Shown: piece by piece, positions 13,604 to 26,855 of the stretch
How the letters are laid out: the number at the start of each line of letters is the position of its first letter
How positions within the stretch are numbered: the first letter of the stretch is position 1
Source: Dictyostelium discoideum
Taxonomy: Eukaryota
Length of the DNA: 64,000 bases
Assembly: GCA_000004695.1 (NCBI GenBank)
Contig: CM000151.3
Location: forward strand, 3,936,001-4,000,000
Direction: 5' to 3'
Made by a program: the position numbers and the translations under genes
Notes under the pieces: generated by a model
Database searches by the model: none
What the model was told of the DNA's origin: nothing
Seen by the model: only the letters and a program-made list of their open reading frames with translations

Positions 13604-15568
13604 ATGAATATTATTTTTTTAAAAGTCCCCTCAATTTTTAAAAAATTAAATGTGGGAAATATTAAAATTTTAAATGTAAATCAAAATAGCCCATCTATAA
13701 TAGTAAATAGTAATAATACAAAGAGTATTAAAAATCATAATTATTCATCTTTTACAAATAATAACAATAATAATAATAAAAATCAAGTAAATTTAGTTCA
13801 AAATAAATCAATATTATCATCATCATCATCATATAAAGGGAATAATAATAATAATAATAAATTATCATACACAACATCATCAAATAATAATAATAATAAT
13901 AAAATTGAAGAAATTGTTAAATCAACAACAGTTTCACCATTTACACCATTAAATATTTTACATCCAAAATTAGTTGGTGAAAAACTTTATAGTAATGATA
14001 ATGAAGCAAATAATAATCAAAAAGAGTTTAAAGCAGAGATATCAACATTACCAAATGGGATTAGAGTAGTTTCAAAACAAACTCATGAAGGTGTTTGTGC
14101 AATTGGGTTATATATAAATGCAGGTACAAAATATGAGTCACCCCAAGATAGAGGTGTATTTAATTTATTAGAGAAAATGACATTTAAAGAAACAAAAAAC
14201 AATTCCACCTCAGAGATTATTAAAGAGTTGGAAGAGATCTCAATGAATGCAATGGCATCCTCAAGTAGGGAGATGATTAATGTTTCATTGGAAGTGTTAA
14301 GAAAAGATTTAGAATTCGTATTGAGTATCCTATCAGACCAAATTAAATCACCAACCTATTCAGAGGAGGAGCTTAGGGAGCAAATCGAAGTTTGTATTAG
14401 AAACTATGAAATGATTACAAATTCATCATCTGATCAATTAATGACAGAGATTTTAATGGGTGTTGCATTTGGTGATGCCGGTTTAGGCAATTTAGTGATT
14501 GCAACACCTGAACAATACCAAAACATCACTCGTGAGAAACTATTTGATGCATTAAGAAAATATTATGTTGGTAAGAATATAGTTATCAGTGTCACTGGTG
14601 CTGAACATTCACAAGTAATCGAATTGGTTGATAAATATTTCGGTGATATTCCATTCACTCAAAAAGATACCCCATCTGAAGATTCAATAGATAGTACTAT
14701 CACCTATAAAGGTGGTACAGATGCTTGTGTCGCTGGTTTAATTCATAAAAATCATTTAAAATCTCAATTACAATTTTTAATTGAAAAACAACAAAAATTA
14801 AAACAACAACAACAACAACAACAACCACAACCACAAAATTCAAATATAGATGATAATGATAATGAAGAAGAATTATTAAATTTAGAAATTGAACAAACTA
14901 AAATTTCAATTGAACAATTAGAATTACAACAAGTTAAAGAATCATCTTGGATTATTGCATTCCCACATAGTGGTTTATCAACAGTTGCAGAGAATAAAGA
15001 TATTATTAATGGATTGGTATTACAGTCATTGTTGGGTGGTGGCAGTTCTTATTCTACTGGTGGTCCAGGTAAGGGTATGCAAAGTAGATTGAATTTGAAT
15101 GTAGTTTATTCTTCACATAGGGTAAAGAATTGTCATGCATTTTTATTCGTTTTTAATAAAGTTAGTTTATTTGGAATTAGTTTAACAACTCAATCAGGTT
15201 TTCTTCAAGACGGTATCGAATTGGTACTTCAAGAATTGTTAATGTTAAGATCATCAATGACTCAACAAGAATTGGAACGTGCTAAACGTTCTCAAAAATC
15301 ACAAATCCTTCAAAATTTAGAAATGAGAAGTGTTCAATGTGATGATATGGCTAGACATATCCTATCTTTTGGCTCCTATAAATCACCTGAACAAATTTGT
15401 AAACTCATTGATTCCGTCACTTTGGATGATATTAAAAAATTAATTTCAAAACTAGCTCAATCAAATCCTTCCGTAGTTTCAATAGTTGCAAATGAAAATG
15501 AACCAATCTTAACTGCTGAACAATATAATCAAATTGTTAAACAAAATTCTTCAACTTTATTTAAATAA
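13604..15568 (+). CDS. mppA: Mitochondrial processing peptidase alpha subunit (M16 family, non-catalytic), with an N-rich N-terminal extension.
   Basis: Single ORF of 654 aa. It has an M16 fold with a glycine-rich loop (LLGGGSSYSTGGPGKGMQSRL) characteristic of alpha-MPP and no HxxEH zinc motif. N-terminal mitochondrial-presequence-like basic/hydrophobic start MNIIFLKVPSIFKKLN. Confidence 0.8.
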   Translation: MNIIFLKVPSIFKKLNVGNIKILNVNQNSPSIIVNSNNTKSIKNHNYSSFTNNNNNNNKNQVNLVQNKSILSSSSSYKGNNNNNNKLSYTTSSNNNNNNKIEEIVKSTTVSPFTPLNILHPKLVGEKLYSNDNEANNNQKEFKAEISTLPNGIRVVSKQTHEGVCAIGLYINAGTKYESPQDRGVFNLLEKMTFKETKNNSTSEIIKELEEISMNAMASSSREMINVSLEVLRKDLEFVLSILSDQIKSPTYSEEELREQIEVCIRNYEMITNSSSDQLMTEILMGVAFGDAGLGNLVIATPEQYQNITREKLFDALRKYYVGKNIVISVTGAEHSQVIELVDKYFGDIPFTQKDTPSEDSIDSTITYKGGTDACVAGLIHKNHLKSQLQFLIEKQQKLKQQQQQQQPQPQNSNIDDNDNEEELLNLEIEQTKISIEQLELQQVKESSWIIAFPHSGLSTVAENKDIINGLVLQSLLGGGSSYSTGGPGKGMQSRLNLNVVYSSHRVKNCHAFLFVFNKVSLFGISLTTQSGFLQDGIELVLQELLMLRSSMTQQELERAKRSQKSQILQNLEMRSVQCDDMARHILSFGSYKSPEQICKLIDSVTLDDIKKLISKLAQSNPSVVSIVANENEPILTAEQYNQIVKQNSSTLFK

Positions 15569-16987
15569 ATTAGAATAGTAATAAATAATTAATAATTAAT
15601 AAATAAAAATAAAAATAAAAATTAATAAAAATTTCATTACTAGTAGTTAGTATTTTTATTTATTATATTTGAATGATATCTATTAAATAAATACAAATAA
15701 TATTTATAATAATAATATAAACAATTCCCTTTATTATTATTTTTATTTTTTTTGAAATTTATTTTTAATTTATTATTTATTAATCTAAACAATTGAATTA
15801 TTGGGTTTTATTGGTTTTGAATGAAATAAAATAAAAAATAAGATATAATTTAAGATACAAAACACAGAATTTCATATTGGATAAATTTAAATCAGATTTA
15901 AATTGTTTTGTTTTTTTGGGGGATACTTTGAATATAAATATATCTTTTGATCAAGACATCAGTTTTTTTTTTTAAAAAACTCTCCTTACACACCCCACTT
16001 CAATTTATTATTTTAAGTTTATTTTTTTTTTTTTTTTTTTTTTATAATTATTTTTTTTTTTTTTTGGCTAAATAAATTATTCTGTTTTAAATTATTAAAA
16101 TATTAATAATGATAAACTAATTAAATAAAAAATAAACGTTAAAATTGTGAGCAGAAATTATGAATTTGGTTTGAAAATATAAAAAATATTAGAATAAATG
16201 CAATTATTAGACATCTTCAAAGTGAAAGAAAAAGAGATTAAAATATTTCAGATTTCAACAGATAATAAAATTTTTTTTATATTGACTTTCATTTAAAAAA
16301 AAGTTATTATCAATAACAAAAAATGAATATTATTTGAAAAGGTTAAACAATTAATTTATTATTTAAAAAAAATGTTAAATAAAATGGGTTTCTAAAAATT
16401 AGAAAATTGAACTGAAGATATCCAAATGAATATCAGCATTCAATAAACCAAGTACTTGATTACATACATTTAATAAAAAGCAAATTTTAAATTATAAGCA
16501 ATAATTTATAATTTATAAATTATTTAATTTAATAAATGTTATTGGAAAAAAGATAAAAAATAAATTTAAAAAATTAATTTAATTTAACCTCTTTATTTTA
16601 AAAAAAAAATATATAAATAATTAAAAAAAAATTCTATAGAAACTATAATCAATTTATTGATTTTATATGATTATAGTTTATAAATTGGCAAATTTACTTT
16701 TTTAATTTTTTAAAAGTAAAGATTTATAATTTTTCTTGGTAAAAAAAAAAGTAAAAATAAAAATAAAAAAATTTAAAAAACGTTAATGTATTTATCTCCA
16801 TTTATTTATTTATTTGAGTGAGTGGTTATTTTTACTTGGTTCATCAAAAAATAAATTAATTAAAAAAATATAAAAAAAAAACTAATTAAACACAAAAAAA
16901 CAAAAAAATAAAAAAAAAAAAATTAAAAATAATTTTAACAGTTTTTTTAATTAAGTTTATTTATCTATATTTTTTTAAATAATTAAA

Positions 16988-17791
16988 ATGATAACAAAAG
17001 TGGAATATTTAATAAACCCAGATACCCAATTTAAAAATGGACCCATTTCAATTATTCTTGGTTATGCAGGAAGTACACTCAGAGTATTAAAAAATTATGC
17101 AAAAATTTGGCATGACAGAGGATTTAATGCTATTTTATTACCACATTCAATGTATGTAAAAAAAAATTAATAATATTATAAATTGGAAAAATTAAAATAA
17201 AGAATTCTAATTCTTTATTTTTTTTTTTTTTTTTTTTTTTTAAAAAGTGATACTTCTTGTGTATTTAATGAAGAAATGGAATTAATTATTTTTAAATATT
17301 TAGAAGATTATTTTAAAAATAAAAACAACAAAAGAATGATTTGTTTTCATGTACTATCAGCTGGATCAATGTTTTTAGGAAAATTACTTGAATCTATGAA
17401 AAAAAAAAATGAATTTAATTATTTATTTAGTTTAATAAAAGGAGTGGTTTATGATAGTGCACCATTGTTAGATGAAAATGATTCATTATGTGGTACATTA
17501 TTAGCTGCTGGTGTAAATATTTTTAATATTGATGAAAATTTCGTACAAACTAAAATTGATAAATTATTTTTAGAATCATTTTTTCATATATGGAAAAAAA
17601 TGACAACGATCTATTATTCCCAATTAATTTCACCATTAAATAAATGGCCACATTTAATTATATATTCACCAAATGATTTCGTTATTTTATCAATTTATGA
17701 TTTTATTGATCAAATTAAATTAATTCCGGGAATGAAAGAATTTAAAGATTTTAAGAATAACAATGAAAATAATTATAATAATAATAATATT

Positions 17792-17863
<72 letters not shown>

Positions 17864-18022
17864 TTTTTAAATAGTTTATACATTATTGAAAAAGTTTTCC
17901 AAAGTGAACATTGTAAACACCTCCTAAAAAATCCAAAAGAATATATTGAATCAGTTAATCAATTAATTGATTTAGCATTTTTAAATGAAAAAAATCAATT
18001 ACAATCATTAATTAAATTATAA
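16988..18022 (+). CDS. TMEM53/DUF829-family alpha/beta-hydrolase-like protein. Two exons: 16988..17151, 17248..18022.
   Basis: N-terminal PISIILGYAGSTLRVLKNYAKIWHDRGFNAILLPHS matches the DUF829 start (LVLLLGWGG..KYS..Y...G). Phase-2 intron with donor GTATGT. C-terminal poly-N tract. Confidence 0.5.
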
Positions 18023-18132
18023 TTTAAAAAATAAAAAAATAAGCCTAGAAAAAAAGAAATTATAATTTAATTTGAAATTAATTAATAATTTAATTTGAAA
18101 AACAAGTCCCAACTTTTTTTGCTTGTAATCCC

Positions 18133-18163
<31 letters not shown>

Positions 18164-18677
18164 CAATTATTTCAAGTCATCGGGAAAAATAAAAAAAAAA
18201 AATAAAAAAAAAAAAAATAAAAAAAAAAAAAAAATGAAAAGGTTTATTTACGAAAATAAATGCCGAAACTGGCGAAACGTTTTTTATAATTATTTTTTAA
18301 AATTTTTTTTTTATTAGTATCGCATAAAATAAAATTAAAAAAAAAAAAAAAAAAAATTAATAATAATATCAATTTTTAACATTTATCATACTCTCTCTCT
18401 CTGTTACTTCATATATTATAAAAAAAGAATATTTTTTTTTTTTGTAAAATTTTTAAACTCAATTTAAATCACACTTCATCTCATTTTACCCCTTTACATT
18501 TTTACACTTTTTTCAAAAAAATTTTTTTTTTTATTTTTAATTAAAAAAAAAAAAATAAAAATAAAAATAAAAACAAAAATAAAAAACAAAAAATAAAAAT
18601 AATAATAATAATTTAAAATAAAGTAAACAAATAAATAATAAATAAAATAAAATAAATATAATAAAAAAAAAAAAAAA

Positions 18678-20243
18678 ATGGAAAATAATAATAATAATTT
18701 TATTGAAGAAGAAGAAGAATTAAGTGAACCAAAAGAAAAATGTGGAGTTTTTGCAATTTATGCACCAGAATTAGATGTTAGTAGAATTGCATTTTTTGGA
18801 TTAGTAGCATTACAACATAGAGGACAAGAATCATGTGGTATAGCAACCTATGATGAATTTCAAAGTGTACATGTAGAGACAGGTATGGGATTGGTGAATC
18901 AAGTTTTCAATGAAACTAATTTGAAGCCATTGAAGGGTAAGATGGCAATTGGACATACACGTTATTCAACAGCAGGAAAGAGTACATTGGTCAATGCACA
19001 ACCAGTGATTGTGCAAACATTGCATGGTCAAATTGGTATTGTACAAAATGGTAACCTCACCACTGCAAAGAGTTTAAGAAAAGAGTTGATGCAAAAGGGT
19101 GTTGGTTTCTTTATAGATAGTGATGTCGAAGTAATTACACAATTGTTATCCAACAATCCAGAGGGTTGCGATCCACATAAACCAAATTGGGAGAATAGAA
19201 TCGCCCATTTCATGAGCAAAGCAGAGGCTGCCTACGCATTGTGTTTGATGACACCCAACGGTATCTACGGTGTGCGTGACTCGTTGGGAATGCGTCCATT
19301 ATGCTTGGGCTCGTTGGAGGTGCCATGCAAGGACGACCCAACCAAGACCATCACTCGTTACGTGTTGACCTCAGAGTCTTGTGCCATCGGCACCATTGGC
19401 GCAAAGTTTATACGTGACGTTCGTCCAGGTGAAATCGTACACATCAACGAGAATGGTATCACCTCCTTCATTGGCCGTTCGCCATCGGATAATCCAGCAT
19501 TATGTGTTTTCGAATATGTTTATTTCTCACGTCCAGATTCATCAATGGAGGGCCAACTAATCCATATCGTCCGTCAACGTATGGGCGAGACATTGGCTCG
19601 TGAGTCACCACCACCACAAACCTGCTCCAACAATGACACCATTGTTATAGGTGTCCCCGACTCCTCATTACCCGCTGCCATTGGGTATGCCAAACAATCG
19701 GGTATCCCATTCACAGAGGGTTTAACAAAGAATCGTTACATTCATCGTACTTTTATTCAACCATCCGATCATTTACGTCAACAAGGTATAAAATTGAAAT
19801 TCAATCCACTCACAGAGAATATTCAAGGTAAGAAAGTGATACTCGTAGATGACAGTATCGTTAGAGCAAACACTATCAAAGCTTTAATTAAATTGATTAG
19901 AGGAGCTGGTGCCACTGAAATTCATGTCAGAATCTCCTCTCCACCAGTTTTACATCCATGTCACATGGGTATCGATATGGCAACATACGACCAACTCATT
20001 GGTCACAATAGAACAGTCGAAGAAATTCGTGAATATATAGGCGCTGAAAGTTTACAATATCTAACCCTAGAAGGTTTAATGAAATCTGTCAATATTGGTA
20101 TTAAACCACAAGCTGAAACTAATTCAACTCCATGTTTTTCAACTTCATCCCCAACTACAACCAAAATTAAAATTAATGAAAATAATCAAAAACATTGTGT
20201 TGCTTGTTTCACTGGTGATTATCCTTGCAGTTTAGATTTTTAA
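18678..20243 (+). CDS. purF: Amidophosphoribosyltransferase (glutamine PRPP amidotransferase, purine biosynthesis step 1).
   Basis: N-terminal nucleophile Cys just after the short propeptide ([10 protein letters not shown]), Ntn glutaminase domain, PRTase domain ([13 protein letters not shown]), and C-terminal Cys cluster (4Fe-4S type). Single exon of 521 aa. Confidence 0.9.
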
Positions 20244-20332
20244 AAATAAAATAAAATAAAATAAAATAAAATAAAATAAATAATTTTTTTAAAAAAAATA
20301 CAATTTTATTTTTTTTTTTTATTTTTTTTTTT

Positions 20333-21257
20333 TTATATCATTTGTAATGGACCAAAGGTTGCATTCATTTCTTCTTTTAATTCATTGATTTCATCCTCTG
20401 GTAAAGTAGATTCAATTTTTTCAATTAAAAAACTAATTTTATGAATGATTTCTTTAGATTTGTCGAGATTACCTTTAACTTTATCCATTACTTCTTTAAT
20501 ACCAAATTGAGCATGTGTTGCATCACTAGTTTTAATTTGCATAATATTAGTGATTTTCTTTGCTTGTTTAGTTTCAACATCTCGTATTTTTTGAAGGATT
20601 TCATTTTGTTTCTCATGAATATAACCTGTTGAATTCTTTAAATAATTTTGAATATCTATACATAAATTTAAATAACCACGATGATCCATTTCTGGTATTG
20701 ATATATGATGTTTCTTTTTTAAATATTTTATAAACTTTTCTTCATCTCCTAATATATCATCACCATTACCAACACTTTGATCTTGATCAAATTCATCATC
20801 ATCATCATCATCAATACTTAATAATGGATAAAACTATAATTAAATAAATAGATAGTTAGTCATTTATTTTAAAATACATTCTCAATCCTCAAATGACATA
20901 AAAAATAATAATAATTACAATTGGTGTATTAAATAATATATTTAATTCTGGTTCGTATTCTTCTTTTTTCTCTAATTGATTAATTGTTATAATTTCATTG
21001 GTACTAGTACTTTTACTTATTGATCCACTACCACTACTACCACCAGTAACACCACCAGTACTATTGTTTAATTGTTGTTTATTATCTGTATTATTATTAT
21101 TATTAAAGTGTGTATATTCATTTGGTATTATCTTTTGATTACTATTGTTAATTGTTCCATATTTTTGACTTTTATTATCTATATTTCCACCAACATATTC
21201 ACTAAAATTATTATTATTATTATTATTATTTTTATTTGGGCTTTCTGTTTGTCCCAT
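20333..21257 (-). CDS. BORC complex subunit 5 (myrlysin/LOH12CR1) homolog, N-myristoylated. Two exons: 20919..21257, 20333..20833.
   Basis: Starts MGQTES (N-myristoylation consensus MGxxxS). The C-terminal domain LNLCIDIQNYLK...EILQKIRDVE...LIEKIESTLPEDEINEL parallels human BORCS5 (LQLCLRYQDHLH...LVKRIKEMD...LLDRLNSMLPEGERLE). In-phase intron GTAATT...TATAG. Confidence 0.55.
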
Positions 21258-21279
21258 TACTTTTTTTTTTTTTTTATTG

Positions 21280-21320
<41 letters not shown>

Positions 21321-21547
21321 AAATTAAAATTAAAATAAAAATAAATTAAATTAAAAAAAAATTAAAAATAAAACAAAAAATTAAAAAAAATTAAAAATAA
21401 AAAATTAAAAAAAAAAAAATATTTTTTAAAAAGCCGACGTTTAGACGAAAAAAAAAAAAAACTTTTTATTTTTTTTCTTTTTTTTTTTTTTTTTTTTTCA
21501 TTTTGTAATCATTTATACCTTGTATCTGATTTATATACAAATAAATT

Positions 21548-23667
21548 ATGGATAATAGTATATTTTATAGTCTTGGAAATGGAATTAAATTTAATAAAAA
21601 TAAATATAAAAAAGAAATTGGAATTTTCAATGGTATAACATCTCATGAATTAGATAAACAAACTAAAACCAATAATAAAGTTCACTTTTTTAAAAATACA
21701 ACACCATCAACACCTGTAATTTCAAAAAAAGATAATATAAAACAAAAAAAAGAAGAAGAAGAAGATAATGATAATGATAATGAAGAATCAAAAGAAGATG
21801 ATGATTTTGTAGAAGATGATGATAATGATGATGATGATGATGATGATGATGAGGATGAAGAAAATGAAGAACCAAAAGAAAAAGAATTTATAAAACATCA
21901 AGTCAATAATGATGAGGAAGAAGAAGATATTACATTATTTAATAAATCAAATGAAAATGAAAATTCAGATGATTCAGATGATTCAGATGATTCTGGAAAA
22001 AATAAAAATAAAAATAAAAATAAAAAAGTTTCAAAAGAAACACAAGAGGATAAACATAAAAGAGAGATTGCAACATTTAGAAATAAACATAGAATTAAAG
22101 TTGATGGTACAGATATACCAGATCCAATGACAGAATTTTCACAATTAGAGAATAGATTCAAAGTTAGAAAATATCTTTTAAATAATATTAATGAGATTGG
22201 TTATAAAGAACCATCACCAATTCAAATGCAAGTTATACCAATTCTTTTAAAAGAAAGAGAAGTCGTTGCAATTGCACCAACTGGTTCTGGTAAAACTGCA
22301 TCTTTCTCCATTCCAATACTTCAAGCATTATATGAACCAAAAAAGGAGGGTTTTCGTTCAGTTATCATTGCACCAACTCGTGAACTTGCTCAACAAATTT
22401 ATCGTAATTTTAGATTACTCTCTAAAGGTAAACCATTTAGAATTTGTGTTTTATCTAAAAATTTACATAATCAATCAACAAATGAAAATTTAATTAAAAA
22501 TTATGGTAAAGTATTTAAAATCTAAAATCTAAAAAAAAAAAAAGTGGGGGTGAAATTATAATTTTAAAAAATTAAAATATCTAACTTTTTTTTTTTTGTA
22601 TTTTTTTATTTTTTTCAGATATTTTAATTACAACACCATTAAGATTAGTTTATTTAATTAAAGAAAATTTATTATCATTAAATAAAGTTGAATATTTAGT
22701 ATTTGATGAAGCAGATAAATTATTTGATAAGAATTTCCAAGAACAAGTTGATATTGTTGTAACAGCATGTCAAAATCCAAAATTAAAGATTTGTTTATTC
22801 AGTGCCACTATGAATCAACAAGTTGAGGAATTGGGTCATTCAATTATGAAAAATCCAATAAAGATTATAATTGGTGAACAAAATGCTGCAGCAATTACAG
22901 TTGATCAAAAATTAATTTATGTTGGTAAAGAGGAGGGAAAGTTATTGGCAGTTAGACAATTGATTCAAAAAGGTTTAGAACCACCCATTTTAATATTCAC
23001 TCAATCTAAAGAGAGAGCACATGATTTATTCCAAGAGTTGATTTTCGATGGTATCAATGTTGATGTAATTCATTCAGAGAGAACTCAATTCCAAAGAGAC
23101 ACAATCGTAAAGAAATTCCGTATGGGTAAGATTTGGGTACTAATTTGCACAGAGTTGATGGCAAGAGGTATGGATTTCAAAGGTGTCAATTTCGTTATTA
23201 ATTTCGATTTCCCTCATACCCTCGCTTCATACATTCACAGAATTGGTAGAACTGGTCGTGCTGGTAGACCTGGTGTAGCATATACCCTCTACACCGATGC
23301 CGATACTCCAATGTTACCAACCATCGTTCATGCTATGAAACAATCTGGTTCTCATGTTCCAGATTGGATGTTAAATCTAAAAGTTCAAGGTAAAAAGAAA
23401 CAACAATATAGATTAAAAGGTGTTGAAAGGGAATCATTTTCAACGATTCCCCTTAGTGAAAGAACTTCTTCAAAATTCAAACTTAGAAAAAATAAAAAAT
23501 CTTTCAATTTACCTGGTGATCAACAAAAATCAAATGAAAATAATAACAATAATAATAATAATAATAATGATAATAAAAAAAGAAAATCTTTTAATAATAA
23601 TGGTGAAAAAAATAATAATCCAGAAAGAAAACAAAAACAAATCAAAAAACCAAAAAAAATAATTTAA
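21548..23667 (+). CDS. ddx52: ATP-dependent DEAD-box RNA helicase DDX52/Rok1 family. Two exons: 21548..22505, 22619..23667.
   Basis: Q-motif (FSQLENRFKVRKYLLNNINEIGYKEPSPIQ), motif I APTGSGKT, and DEAD box (VFDEADKLF) are present. The phase-1 intron reconstitutes DILITTPLRL (motif Ib/SAT region). HRIGRTGRAG follows in exon 2. Acidic N-terminus and basic C-terminus typical of Rok1. Confidence 0.8.
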
Positions 23668-23917
23668 AATAATAATAATAAAAAAAAAAAAAAAAAAAAA
23701 TTTAATTTAAATCTTTTATAATCATTATTTTAAACCCAACCATCAAAACAATATTCAAAAAAAAAAATTCATTCATTTTTTTTTTTTTTTCAAATCATTT
23801 TTATTTGAAAACTGATCCCAATGGTTTATAAGAAAAAAAATTGGATTATTTTTTTATTTTTTATTTTTTATTTTTTTTTATTTTATTTTATTTTTTTTTT
23901 TTTTTCCTTTTGGTAAA

Positions 23918-23962
<45 letters not shown>

Positions 23963-24244
23963 TATAACTTTTTAACAGAAAAGAATAAATAATAAGATTT
24001 TTTTTTTTATTTTTAAATCTTTATTTTTAAATTAACCAAACAAAATAAAAAATAAAAAAATATAAAAATAAAAATTAATAAAAAGTAGAAAAGTCAAAAA
24101 ATATCTTGAAAAAAAAAAAAAAAAAAAAATATCTTTTTTTTTTTTTCTAAATTGAATTTTGATCAATTAAAAATTATAGATAATAATAATAATAAATAAC
24201 TTTTTAATAATAAAAATAATAAAAATAATAATAACAATAATAAA

Positions 24245-26822
24245 ATGTTTCGTTTATTTTCATCAGGTGTTGATGATTTAGTTTTAGTTTCAAATCCAAG
24301 TAATGGTGAGGTAACAAGTCAAATTGGTGCTAGATTTGATAGAGAATTAATTTATACAAATATTGGTGAAGTATTAATTGCTGTTAACCCTTATAAAGCA
24401 TTACCAATTACTGGTCCTGAATTTATTAAAGTAGGTTTTTTTTTTTATTATTTATTAAATTAATTTTTTTTTTTTTTATTTTTTTTTTATTTAAAAATTA
24501 TGTTTGGAAAATATTAATATTTATATATATATTTATATAATTTTTTATTTTAGTTGTATCAAAATGCATCAGGATCAGATGCTTCACCACATATTTATGC
24601 ATTAGCAGAAAGAGCATATAGAAGAATGGTTGATGAAAATGAATCACAATGTGTTATTATTTCAGGTGAATCAGGTGCTGGTAAAACAGTCTCTGCAAAA
24701 TTAATTTTACAATATGTTACATCAGTATCACCAAATAATAGTAGCGGTGGTGGCATTGGTGGTAGCGGTGGTGGAAATGGCGGAATTCCACAATATGATG
24801 GTGGTAGTGATGACCGTCCTTCACCACCAATGGGTAGAGGTATGGGTATGCCAGGTATGGTTGGTAGAGGTGGTTTGCCAACTAGAGGGGGTGGTCCACC
24901 ATCAAGAGGTGGAGGTCCACCACCAACTAGAGGTAGAGGTGGTCCACCACCACCAATTCCTCAAAATAGAGGAGCACCACCACCAGTTTCAAATGGAGGA
25001 GCACCACCACCAGTTGCAAGAGGTCCAGTTGCACCACCACCAACCAGAGGAGCACCACCAACAAGAGGGGGAGGTCCAGCAAATAGAGGTGGTAGAGGTG
25101 GTGGTCCACCACCAGTTTCAACATCAAGAGGTGGAGGTGGTTATGGTGGTAGTAGTAAAACAGTTGATGTTGAACATATTAAAAAGGTAATTTTAGATTC
25201 AAATCCATTAATGGAAGCAATTGGTAATGCTAAAACAGTTAGAAATGATAATTCATCACGTTTTGGTAAATATTTAGAGATTCAATTCGATGATAATAAT
25301 GCACCAGTTGGTGGATTAATTTCAACCTTTCTTTTAGAGAAAACAAGAGTAACATTCCAACAAAAGAATGAAAGAAATTTCCATATTTTCTATCAAATGT
25401 TGGGTGGATTAGATCAAACCACTAAATCTGAATGGGGATTAACTCAAGCCACCGATTTCTATTATCTTGCCCAAAGTAAATGTACAACCGTTGAGGATGT
25501 TGATGATGGTAAAGATTTTCATGAAGTTAAAGCAGCAATGGAGACCGTTGGAATTTCAAGAGATGAACAAACTGAAATCTTTAGAATTCTTGCTGCCATT
25601 TTACATGTTGGTAATATTCGTTTCCAAGGTGAAGCACCAGCTTCGGTCATTGATGAAACTCCATTACAATGGGCTGCTTCATTGTTGGGTTGTGATCCAA
25701 CATTCCTTTGTCAATCATTGAATCATAGACAAATTCAAAGTGGTAGTGCAAGACACACTCAATATCAAGTACCACAAAATCCTGATCAATCCGCTGGTCT
25801 TAGAGATGCATTGGCAAAAACCCTATATGAACGTATTTTCGATTTCATTGTAGCTCGTGTTAACAAGGCAATGTCTTTCAGTGGAAATTGCAAGGTCATT
25901 GGTGTTTTGGATATCTATGGTTTCGAAGTATTTGAACGTAACTCTTTTGAACAATTTTGTATCAATTATGTCAATGAACGTCTTCAACAGATCTTTATTG
26001 ATCTTACAGTTCGTGGTGAACAACGTGAGTATCATGAAGAGGGTATGAAATGGAAGGATATCAGTTTCTTTGATAATAAAATTGTAGTAGATCTTATCGA
26101 TGGAAATAAACCACCTGGTATCATGAGAGTTTTAGATGACGTTTGTAAAACGGTTCATGCTGTCGATAGTGCCGCTGCAGATATTAAATTCATGGAGAAA
26201 TTAATTCACTCCATTCAAAGTCATCCCCATTTAGTCATTTCAAATACTGGTTCCTCTGCTGATGAATTCACAATCAAACATTATGCCGGTGAAGTATCTT
26301 ATTCAATAGAAGAGTTTTGTTTCAAAAATAATGATAACCTTTACGCTTCAATCGTTGGTTGTCTTCAAAATTCAACCTATCAATTCATCGTATCTTTGTT
26401 CCCTGAAAATATTCAAGATAATAAACAAGCTCCTACCACTTCAAGTTTCAAAATTCGTCAATCTTCAAGTTATTTAGTAACTCGTTTATCCGCTTGTACT
26501 CCACATTACATTAGATGTATTAAACCAAATGATAAAAAACAACCAATGAATTTCGTCTCGTCAAGAGTTGAACATCAAGTTAAATATTTAGGTATTTTAG
26601 AAAATATTAAAGTTAAAAGATCTGGTTACGCTTATAGACAATTAAAAGATATCTTTTTAAATAGATTTGGTAAAATTATGGATGTTCAACCAAGAAATGT
26701 TCAAGAATTTGTTGAATATATAACTAGAACTCATAAAGATATTAATGCTGATGAATTTGAAGAAGGGTAAATTTATTAATTATAATTAATTTTATTTAAT
26801 TTTATTTTTAAAACTATTACTA

Positions 26823-26855
<33 letters not shown>

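Noticed and set aside
24714-25190. ORFs 24714..25190 (+) and 24927..25127 (-) inside myoK
   Set aside because: They are out-of-frame translations of the GC-rich Gly/Pro/Arg-repeat insertion of the MyoK motor. The in-frame reading is continuous and carries the myosin motifs.
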